From: an uncultured virus (IMG/VR IMGVR_UViG_3300008219_000006)
Lineage: Duplodnaviria; Heunggongvirae; Uroviricota; Caudoviricetes
Length of the DNA: 20,000 bases
Direction: 5' to 3' (one strand)
Virus record (IMG/VR): IMGVR_UViG_3300008219_000006
Shown: in pieces, positions 12,001-16,511 of the stretch
Layout: every line of letters begins with the position of its first letter
How positions within the stretch are numbered: the stretch's first letter is position 1
Notes under the pieces: model-generated
The model's database searches: none
Seen by the model: the letters and a program-made list of their open reading frames with translations, nothing else
What the model was told of the DNA's origin: nothing
Translations under genes and position numbers: made by a program

Positions 12001-14765
12001 CTAAGGATGAAATAAGAAGACAAGTTTTAGAAAATCTGTCTTTAACAGATACTTCATCTATTGTAGATCCTGTTTCTCTATATGCTTCTGGTATTCTACC
12101 TGACATAACATCAAGTGAAGTTAATCTTACTTTTATTAGAGGTTGGGATGATATGCCTTTGGTTATCAGAAATAAGATTGATCAAGAAATTAAAAACGAT
12201 CCTTCATTAATGACAATAACTGAATGGGATAGTGACATGCTTATGCTTGATACTAATCCTAGCTCTGAAGCTAAAGCTAGATTAAAGATATATAAAATTC
12301 GGAAACAAAAGGTTGAAGCATTATATAAGAAAGCAGATTACGGTGCTACTACTTTATCAGATATTATAGGATCTGGTACTTCTGCTGGAGAAGCAGCTTC
12401 TATCATATCACAATATAATTCTTCATTAGAAGCACACAATACTTCTTTAGTAGATAAGTTTAGAGCACATTCTGGAAGTTATCTGGCAACTATGATTCTT
12501 AGTGGAAATGGTTTAGCGAGAGATTCTGGTACTCATATGTTATTTACAAGTAAGGAAGCCAATAGTGTTGTTGGATTTAAATCATATCTTCTTATGAATA
12601 GAATTGGTTCTACTGCTTTTATTCCCCATTCAATTGTTGGAATACCTAAGTCTTATGAATTAATGACAAACGATAAAACAAAGATGTTGTTTAATACCGA
12701 TGTAGGTAGTATATCACGGGCTCTTACAAGAGGACCGGGATGGAATGCTGGAACAATTCTAGTAATGAAGGAATTTACTAATTCAAATATAAACTTTTCT
12801 GACTTTCTGGATATGTTTAGAAATGTTATTGATAACTCGCCTGATTTAGATAGTATTAATGTTATAGATCAGTCTGTTCTAAACCTTAGTACAAAAATGA
12901 GAACTGATCTTAAAAGCAAGATATTAGATGATATTGAAACTCTAAGAAGAAAGATGCAGATTACTGGTGGTATTGCACTTAGACAATATAATAGATGGAA
13001 TAGTGCAATTGATACTGCAAATGATTTTACTTCTACTTTGTTAGGACCAAACCTAACAGTAGCTACGCTAACTGTTGAAGGTATGATGAATACTACCTCT
13101 CTTATGTTTGGCGGTCCTCAAGGATTAAAGAACTTTGCAACTGCTGTGATTGATTCTATAGCATTTGCTTCTTCTGGTAGTACTAAAAAAGGACGTAGCC
13201 AAATGCGTCAGCTTGCTAGAGAAATGGGATGGTATGCAAAACATAAGAGACATAGTATGTTTGAAGTACACCGTTCTGTTCTTTATGGCGATGAACTCCA
13301 TGATGATGAAGTAGGTGGGCTTAAAAGATATCTTAGAAGAACTAAAACTTATTCTAATAGTGTAAACGGTGGTATTAATATTGCTCTTAGAAGTCAATCT
13401 ACTATGTCCTATAGAAAATGGTTTGCAGAAATTCTTGGAAATGATAAGCTTAAAGAATTAATTATTAAAGTAAATGATGCTAAAGAAAAAGGTGAGTTTA
13501 AAACTAGAGCAGATATTAAGAGGGTAGTAAAAGAAGTACTAGGTTCTTCTCATGGAAGAACTGAAGCTGTTTATCAAATGGCTAAAGCTGGTCTTTTAGA
13601 TCTTGATATTCTACCTGATATTAAAACTCTTATTGATGAATCTGATGTTGTATATGGTGTACATACTTATGGTGGTAGAATGAGAAACTACATAAGCGAA
13701 AAGACAGATACAGCAGAAAGAACAAGACTTAATGAGGTATTGCGGAAAATGAAGAATTGGGAAAATATCGTAGTACATATGAATATTGTTGATCCTAATG
13801 CTATGGATATTGATACAACGGATGTTCCTTTGTTTAGATGGTTAAGGCATTATAAGTCTTATCCAAATATCTTTGCTGCTCAAAGAGTTTTTAGAGATTC
13901 GTCTAAATATAGTTTACCAGCCTTTGTAGCTCGTATGTTCCGTTTCATGCTTCAGGAAATGATATATGCTATTATCACTATGCTAGCCGCCGGAATGTCA
14001 GCAGCTGTCTTAAAAGAAAGGTTTGAGAAAAACCCAATTAGTGAGATGACTGCACTCTTGCAAAGAAGTCCTATGTTAGGATACTGGGGAGAATTCATTG
14101 CTTCTACAGTAAGAACTATGCTATCAGCAGCCTCTGGAAAACTAGACGCTACTCCTTTGGCTAGAACTTTACTACCTGTAGGTGGTTCTCTTATGAGATC
14201 TCAATCTCAATCTTTGGTCAATGCTATTAGAGGTAATACTGATGGAGGAGACTGGGCAAACTATGCTCGTATGTTAACTCTAGCTCCTGTCCCAGTCCTT
14301 GGACAAATTGCAGGTAATCCATTTACTAGGATAGCTGTAAGTAGAACAATGGGTAAAGAGAAGTCAGCCAATAGTATGAGACAGAAGATGGGGGACAGAC
14401 TTGGGAAACCTAATGGTCGAGACAGCTTAAGAAATGGATTAGGTACGACCGTGGAACCCTCGGACTCAAGTCTATCCTCAAGAAATGTCTTCTTTACACC
14501 TGAGGAAAAGAACCTAAGTAATATCATGAAAGAACTATATCCAGATGCTATGAATTCACCATATGTTACAGATGTTGGTGTTTCTATAGATCCTGATGAT
14601 ATTAAAACTCCAGAAGCATCTCAAGTTATTCCTCAGTTACCTCCAAGAGATACTCCAGAGCCTAAGAGCAGTCGTGTCGATATTGCTAGTAAGAAACCTG
14701 ACCCGATCCAAGCTATTTCAGAGTCTTCAAAACCTATGGAGATACCTCCAGAATTAATTGAATAA
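3..14765 (+). CDS. Giant virion-ejected polyvalent protein, 5'-partial (>4915 aa), with RNAP-like, exonuclease, metallopeptidase and gp16-like regions
   Basis: Uninterrupted frame from base 3 (CGC AGT CTT CTC TAT TTG...) to TAA ending at 14765, so the true start lies upstream of the window. Motifs: YADLNAAGIHSHFSVLM and RKLIKHPIMVKLYWAG (single-subunit RNAP motifs A and B); VIDIET / YNGNTFD / YTLED (Exo I-III); HEIIGH...PEEW (zincin). No Cys seen on reading the translation. Confidence 0.9.
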   Translation, partial: RSLLYLETGVKTTEQILDVIMPTRWASFVGTKLGYVDNLTFSEKMSDALHFRKAAFTRRLKLAPFDALEGFIEGSIVHIADANERGANWTLGSMIQEGGIEAVVSIGLNPTMRAAMQGGSGLLGAGAQLTNKFVSKNNDPVITDLMNRASRIVFRPRSLEEQMEAVDKYDKFIEFGSRYKNIFGEYSHAERIEAGEAKYLFPTDPKRANRERNFLDSLFDTVQLLAQAQNVENQTSWTLNKMDEILSMLEKKVKDEKRPSMGIKEAAELSIKSLIGSIDAVVKADPDFDINLANNLKNMIASEYKTFLLLDIARNHVDPITGEKKELTIEEVIEKIDPTKDEFDVNLWFKTFTEAERELLNDEMDRRGLKLEDITDDPKLTQEIVEKVTEDWMGRTEDTRRLEDDAQKKRIEHASALSDFLEQPITIQDIRTGETIVVGGDRYTGTPLTIDEAIKKKNDTADEVESEPEIDEEEVEITELTPREQRIIRNSQERLQKGLEAYKKAKTPKEKKSALKQIANAVWKTEGRLNKITKERAGKEIIDLQNESQGILTKENIEIGPDKAGDPMDFNRVDTEVSDIKGETADTSENFVILQVKQPVIRQGNERLQYAKVVLTPAEKFTPEPIDAPQTIVPTEPPAEPKKKTKSQRRKLLEKANDAEAVAEGSFEKISEDRKEMLIDVNNIDIELAQLKAQLDQMSDEFYETEEGKKIKEIADKQAKLNEKRNELLREMGFESRTHSVDGSSLKSVKEAIISFAKEDIESEKNRLKEIEKDTNILENTKRVLAKKLGKDATDNDKQELLKQKRSILLKFLTNKRNNDTVAGIAKAAEIPVEFIKALKNNEVVSLEEFDRILSNTKIQSYLTGIIKDVKKYGTLEADVVKNNIEKANERITNAGTLASKWMENVKSGRKNLHELGKAQRAASKVHKYQEMTELRAKIANVSLAKGTSVARLADIQPDFDNLVELAYIKQVISDTKASKRDLKQRMKGKRTITKADLKIVMLGNYHTHEYIDGFFVTSEDYSGLDEDSEIDIDKARDIISSFGEWRKNTLGKHVGIQLQNATLANRRPEALNNLSDGLKTAVNIEEFGPNDKPLINITPEQAKTNAKSRRVEVKDTAESIGQLGLDLLKATKLLSNLKRLNGRYSNIGLVVAQLKQAGLENLNFDHPIFHTELSPVILKHAGDIMYDAKNELDLTELYPLDITIDGIKSDDYLNVIVDINELENILTALASQINNKLQIMVNEGIRGADTQITNMDEASLNLYKQYELVTRLHEGLLEHISTMTNPLRRGWDRDLDSQFLQLGDTTYETTPHEYRQTVENYFARGLGDIQNKRLWDGYRDLFEQYLITRKPDPKSIDLDIKELYEQILRDEVTFDHNSQITLMYKLVQEVLGIEDITQLGGLSEGSRLALDWVSAEEAGFALADFIFRREEVSLYRRVVKRKSSSKTGEGEITSEQQITDSEQGTETELQAKSVRSDIPLSARNLARNWEESVYRHRMRKSLEYLTTASDEEVELVIASIRESVPSKAEAYKKYADETGKDVKTLTAEEKTKAIKTFYLPEKEKVAKMATTYSFLPQMTNRSPGETITNFERWESFVFEVMMDWPVLGMNLIHDGRYYTDGTVVEFLGKDESHQRYADDNDLDVETLTEDQIKEAERVYPPEMLHMKPSTAARGTRAQRSEDKVRKAAHAGMPIGKLTLAGFFTQWAHGRLNINFEEFAKSALTLGNETVKSLGINNLFNFTSSKNYADLNAAGIHSHFSVLMMTPKNREAAEALLDKLVNQRNKVLGTTPEDQYLEASEFVLETALHTLEISGLHTDIFPGIQSLEKIAAEFDFEGVLKDIKAGRKKTARVEKFRKLIKHPIMVKLYWAGQEGIKSSFSDAKDAGLLEGFTEQDLDWFALFLAQGGAVLRHNLLNHALQNKDGKPTSDVLGESMGVDMGDRQEALRILKDLANQETDVVKNYMDLYGKQIEGRDTKARTLEKSLEDFVSAKALYLAQGDLARAEELKPKIRAEHKKRIENLQEYLRENGLKEESLNDPVVMNQHRGEIERIMMGWEGDAWKEMPMLRAINEKNAQPVTLAIDEKTKAAGKPAGIDMDHVGEHWLMGSLLDKFTLFIEYGIDTSSGRYNPMDPSPLTPYNSTLGSFRSDEKPYSIWKTENNRFAKMATDEEGNLDPKKMRAYINRLIAIDLSIRMIQDYDPPIPNFEPYTEKDFWADWQTESDHTVASREREINFWEDPENNDYEISKEEFNKNTYGGTRDHRSRPLFARRNIDYKSNQEMSTKDPAGIAALRPRTGKPGNLMHDRGSMFLRKESLNRKLREKEQRLEHLRNTINTTEIDTNIMSDIISGAHPFQSDTLPVGPTPDTTTLSHVFGDTIDEQVYRAIRNIENKIRPWAMERGYYKEVKDNKWGRLWIMWEMDRLHKNTIRETRQILKSFRGADVWDQNDIEIGMRQIRLSYYDKLYKLRSVVHELRSKGFDSREADIMENQLSAHINMDDMTYIELARTLADSGFAQDSRVFTPAPHHLMAIDPETAADPVEFTRTVEGPIAMHHLEQALAEHEIVFISYVNEELNILSKEDTELGKYLRDKRDTFESGRHLNWKDLQNMMWSENETVNQWAMDILDKAEKKAINAEHKNFYIYLDPDSETRSTMTYDRKEEGNVKRLWGGWSPLISQKPIGSARYHLTPEGLQQLFVNIRSTLFKKLEDRQITGISTLHSEPSLAQRLDSGYQADTRRSHEALLKAFELMGDTEVGDYTLVDKSRRSSFDDREPQRVLDIDKLSGMKIVTGNRFDHAWDRAYYSQWEATKEAARRQGKTRLLDYLINQEELNPELVKIHAISLHAENFMGLGTEEARIYAAAITNKDVDWVDKNTLLLDNLQQEINKWEFSGPLEKAIMELERHHRNTSTENTLDRTNVDNLRKVLKVFGMEDSAIDAMPEFKDYNKWMNNGLSVVIDIETDIAEDGVPTKIYRVVKHYSRKNTKAGFISEVVTGEDLNSILVEIERAQQAGYKVVTYNGNTFDFKHLVRLGADPKIAARIATRSIDLYSLLRRMKANQDSRKGSLGRISELLNLGKKKEIGGYMVHLLELRKSGKTLDKTDLPIAYRNDEIAIDELNKINDMDSSDPSLETRIVNYTLEDGVLTNKLFAELLKRQGETNISLGEIGTLDLVTELYPNWALDIDGTRAVTNKDAFKWIDDVVIPKLIGKEEDTSDFGLHNKGFVTETGSRFRDRAEREAKEFFRRGRLWADKREFNEQRDKLNGKNYDAIEVLSYQDFINEVLGESVTLTENDGRLMAAKYAMEAIMAERKPTELNLLDLTRGIDEDVDLSDLGDSKKFDLVFIHNDAALKMNKTLSRAERDGTLKPEVVVGLRIMFAHLARMNPDFFRTVEFEIDPSDIFDTQGRRQRGRFGIKDNKFHMIIDPRESTDVQIVEIALHEIIGHMGVEKFVRKNEADWVSMVEWLRTASGRNVVADFVKSNPKYSHLTEAEKNKKVEYYQTNPEEWAALYISYQLMKDVTHDSMIDINNPKINRSLRGMINKIVSSIRNHLQTITDALFRFRKTYPQAYEMMERITENAYGYQTKGNIRYRREAQTPNRVANDYESTHEGSDTENMYSFLNPLAGEQGDNALTLHAFDKNSGVKMGTPLKKGELSGLAKTEEIETWVREEENARRTRIDLRNELNNLTIGSAEHIAKQIEFDNAAKKEGEISQRISDNEYNNLFGQSRREVADNKVELARRFGDEQVVDYMLGDEANGFVMKQQQYNAGKLREIMTSSKQEDITLAKTFLALSFENMIKKRGDYVRENAERWLSMFPHIYMRLNRLATGGLAGLNTTQSDQTYLNTIIPIVILSNLVVPGLENVSGNVQNTKGWDSLDDRRNELFDIEEAAREYDKEFVKNTVDGKTMTEVQFDQIKELSLSLINDPSSVSSSHPFYDLAREYSKTSEQLIQRATDYLVNARVLQERHLEKPEHRLMLSLNKTKIGDLISKNPDVITQAKDEIRRQVLENLSLTDTSSIVDPVSLYASGILPDITSSEVNLTFIRGWDDMPLVIRNKIDQEIKNDPSLMTITEWDSDMLMLDTNPSSEAKARLKIYKIRKQKVEALYKKADYGATTLSDIIGSGTSAGEAASIISQYNSSLEAHNTSLVDKFRAHSGSYLATMILSGNGLARDSGTHMLFTSKEANSVVGFKSYLLMNRIGSTAFIPHSIVGIPKSYELMTNDKTKMLFNTDVGSISRALTRGPGWNAGTILVMKEFTNSNINFSDFLDMFRNVIDNSPDLDSINVIDQSVLNLSTKMRTDLKSKILDDIETLRRKMQITGGIALRQYNRWNSAIDTANDFTSTLLGPNLTVATLTVEGMMNTTSLMFGGPQGLKNFATAVIDSIAFASSGSTKKGRSQMRQLAREMGWYAKHKRHSMFEVHRSVLYGDELHDDEVGGLKRYLRRTKTYSNSVNGGINIALRSQSTMSYRKWFAEILGNDKLKELIIKVNDAKEKGEFKTRADIKRVVKEVLGSSHGRTEAVYQMAKAGLLDLDILPDIKTLIDESDVVYGVHTYGGRMRNYISEKTDTAERTRLNEVLRKMKNWENIVVHMNIVDPNAMDIDTTDVPLFRWLRHYKSYPNIFAAQRVFRDSSKYSLPAFVARMFRFMLQEMIYAIITMLAAGMSAAVLKERFEKNPISEMTALLQRSPMLGYWGEFIASTVRTMLSAASGKLDATPLARTLLPVGGSLMRSQSQSLVNAIRGNTDGGDWANYARMLTLAPVPVLGQIAGNPFTRIAVSRTMGKEKSANSMRQKMGDRLGKPNGRDSLRNGLGTTVEPSDSSLSSRNVFFTPEEKNLSNIMKELYPDAMNSPYVTDVGVSIDPDDIKTPEASQVIPQLPPRDTPEPKSSRVDIASKKPDPIQAISESSKPMEIPPELIE
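1545..1856 (+). other. GrpE-like domain within the giant protein
   Basis: Helical segment ending ...QGILTKENIEIGPDKAGDPMD...FVILQVKQPVIRQGNERLQYAKVVLT resembles the GrpE C-terminal pattern (GV..I...G.PFDP...V..V.Q.GY...GR.LR.A.V.V). By-eye match only. Confidence 0.45.
4830..5640 (+). other. T7/N4-type single-subunit RNA polymerase core within the giant protein (DxxGR-like motif, motif A, motif B)
   Basis: In the correct order: IHDGRYY (~4842), D-LNAAGIHSHFSVLM (Asp codon 5250; cf. T7 DGSCSGIQHFSAML), DQY (5382; cf. T7 DIY) and R-x3-K-x3-M-x3-Y-x2-G (5571-5618; cf. T7 RSVTKRSVMTLAYG). Motif C not confidently identified. Confidence 0.7.
8862..9465 (+). other. DEDDy (DnaQ-like, RNase H fold) 3'-5' exonuclease domain within the giant protein
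   Basis: ExoI VVIDIET (D 8877, E 8883), ExoII VTYNGNTFD (9057-9077), the typical SIDLY...SLGRISELLNLGKK segment, and ExoIII NYTLED (9414-9428). Confidence 0.85.
10200..10560 (+). other. Zincin-like metallopeptidase (MPTase-type) domain within the giant protein
   Basis: RGRF...MIID...IALHEIIGHMG (HE at 10320-10325, H at 10335) with a downstream PEEWAA (10512-10529), the pattern of metallopeptidases found in phage polyvalent proteins. Confidence 0.75.
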
Positions 14766-14780
14766 TTGGGTAAAGGAGAG

Positions 14781-14885
14781 GGGGGACCTAGGGACCTAGG
14801 TTTATATTATATATATAATATATAACTAGGGTAAACTAAGGACCTAGGAAATCGACTAGGGGTCACGAATACACAGCTAGGGAGA
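14781..14885. repeat. Cluster of CTAGG/CCTAGG short repeats around a perfect 20-bp AT palindrome; candidate genome end or replication origin
   Basis: TATATTATATATATAATATA (14803-14822) is its own reverse complement and is flanked by CCTAGG/CTAGG. About seven CTAGG/CTAAGG copies occur in ~100 bp, followed by CCCCCCGTACCCCCC and GGGGTACC. Confidence 0.6.
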
Positions 14886-15043
14886 GATTATAAGAGGACT
14901 TTCTTTTCCCCCCGTACCCCCCTTAATTCTTTCGCTATAAAAAGCGATGGGGTACCGAGTGCTAATTGAAACTAGCCTACTGCCCGTGGAAGGGCTTGCA
15001 GGTGGCTGGTGCTCATTATATCCTACCGGATATGGTGGGCATT

Positions 15044-15280
15044 ATGGATAATCCTATTATCCAGACCTTGCGAGGCATGGTCAAGATAGGAGCATCGTTG
15101 TTCCTAATTTGGCTCATGCTTCAAGCAGCTTATGAAAGTATGTCTATGCTTTCACAAGCGGTGGATAGTTATGGTGTGGACTTCGCTTACAACGATCACC
15201 TCCTTTGGGCGGCGATTTCGTTTGGCGCAGCTTCAATCATAATCTCCATCATGTTTGTTCGCTCCCTTTATAGGGACTGA
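15044..15280 (+). CDS. Small hypothetical membrane protein with two hydrophobic segments; start uncertain (15044 or 15077)
   Basis: Hydrophobic stretches IGASLFLIWLMLQAAY and LLWAAISFGAASIIISIMFV. No strong Shine-Dalgarno sequence seen. Confidence 0.55.
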   Translation: MDNPIIQTLRGMVKIGASLFLIWLMLQAAYESMSMLSQAVDSYGVDFAYNDHLLWAAISFGAASIIISIMFVRSLYRD

Positions 15281-15538
15281 ACAGCATCTGCTGCATGATC
15301 CATTGGAGGTTGGTCTGCCAATGGCGGGGTTGTTGAACCCGATACCTTGTCACTCAAGGGGTTCACTGTGGCTCATTCACATCTGATGAGGAGTGTCGTT
15401 GCTCTCCAGCGACAATCTCTAGGACACTTAGATCCTAAGCATCTACCTGATGATCATTTCGATAAGAGATAATTCTTATACCCTGAGCTAGCTAGGGTTG
15501 TACAGCTAGCAATCATGTTTCCTTTGAAAGGACATGCC

Positions 15539-15883
15539 ATGTCAAATCCAAATCTGTTCAAGCGTTTGCTTGGGCGCGTTTGGAAAAGTACTGTTGCCGA
15601 GCAACAGCCTCATAATGAGTCAGAGGTGAAAGACTCTAGTTTCGACCAACTAAAAGATACTCGTGACGTTTGTAGGTTTGATACCTATGACCCAGATCGA
15701 TCTATTCTTGTTAGTCGGCTTAAGAATTCTATCTTCATCTGGGAAATGCGCAACGGAGCAATCAACCGTAGACGCATAAGTTCCAGACTTACATTAGAAT
15801 TAGATCTATTTGCTAGATCTCCTAAAAATTCTATTAGTAAGGAAGAGCTCGTTGACATGGTTCGTAAAGAACTTGTTGACTAA
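15539..15883 (+). CDS. Hypothetical protein (114 aa)
   Basis: AAAGGA at 15527-15532 lies 6 nt before ATG 15539, in frame with the listed ORF 15515..15883; followed by a strong hairpin. Confidence 0.75.
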   Translation: MSNPNLFKRLLGRVWKSTVAEQQPHNESEVKDSSFDQLKDTRDVCRFDTYDPDRSILVSRLKNSIFIWEMRNGAINRRRISSRLTLELDLFARSPKNSISKEELVDMVRKELVD

Positions 15884-15893
15884 GAGTGAACCT

Positions 15894-15927
15894 ATGGCAC
15901 TACAGGCTACCGCTTGTAGTGTCATTT
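15894..15927 (+). terminator. 14-bp RNA hairpin with TACC loop; terminator or RNase III-type processing site
   Basis: ATGGCACTACAGGC-TACC-GCTTGTAGTGTCAT with two G.U pairs, 10 nt after the stop codon; only a short T run follows. Confidence 0.5.
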
Positions 15928-15987
15928 GCCCTAGGTTAGTCGGGGCTGCAAAGTGACTAACTGAGTTCTTCCATAGGAGGCACTGCG

Positions 15988-16191
15988 ATAGCAGAACCTA
16001 CTAAGAAGTCCGAAGCTATTGAGCGTTTGTTTCGTGAACTCAATGGTGGCGTGGACAGGCGTACTATGATCGACTCCGATCTGTGTGCGGTCTGTGCTCA
16101 GCCAGCTACTGAGTTCAGCGACGCGCTCAGCCGCAAGGAATACACCATCTCTGGTATGTGTCAAGCATGCCAAGATAGTGTGTTCCGCTAG
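15988..16191 (+). CDS. Small CxxC...CxxC zinc-finger protein (67 aa), not in the ORF track; probable ATA start
   Basis: AGGAGG (15975-15980) + 7 nt + ATA GCA GAA CCT gives (M)AEPTKKSEAIERLFRELNGGVDRRTMIDSDLCAVCAQPATEFSDALSRKEYTISGMCQACQDSVFR*. In-frame TAA at 15958; first in-frame ATG only at 16066. Confidence 0.8.
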   Translation: MAEPTKKSEAIERLFRELNGGVDRRTMIDSDLCAVCAQPATEFSDALSRKEYTISGMCQACQDSVFR

Positions 16192-16244
16192 CGGTTAGCG
16201 TCGGAACAACGTCCCTCCGCCTGAGGTTTCGCCCTAGGGAGGGG

Positions 16245-16287
16245 CTTCATACCTGTGCTCTTCTCTATGGAGAGCACGGGTATGAGG
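16245..16287 (+). promoter_or_regulatory. 19-bp intergenic RNA hairpin, candidate RNase III site upstream of the RNAP gene
   Basis: CTTCATACCTGTGCTCTTC-TCTAT-GGAGAGCACGGGTATGAGG; the non-Watson-Crick positions are G.U pairs on the + strand. Confidence 0.5.
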
Positions 16288-16511
16288 TACACGTTGTATC
16301 TCGTTCGACCTAAGCATGTCGTTAAAGGGCTTATGCTGATTCTTCCAAGGAAGAGTAGACTCAGGAGACGAGTCCGACTGAGGGCGTGATTCTCAAGGGG
16401 TTTTTAAACCGACAGGTTTTTGATCCTATTGCACTTGTTGTGCATTCCTTTACTCTCTGGGATAAAGAGAGGAACCCTTTACTACTTTCGAGTAGTATAA
16501 AGGAGATAATT

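Noticed and set aside
457..14527. Short ORFs (60-119 aa) on the minus strand or in alternative frames inside the giant gene
   Set aside because: Fully nested in a long motif-bearing ORF, with the F/S/L/I-rich composition typical of antisense shadows and no recognisable motifs.
15383..15470. CTGATGA motifs suggesting a hammerhead ribozyme
   Set aside because: No correctly placed GAAA core after a stem II.
15931..16173. Minus-strand 80-aa ORF
   Set aside because: Antisense to the better-supported plus-strand zinc-finger gene, which has a perfect SD.
16386..16511. N-terminal extension of the RNAP from the GTG at 16386
   Set aside because: The region is a hairpin-rich leader, and the strong AAGGAG SD points to ATG 16512.
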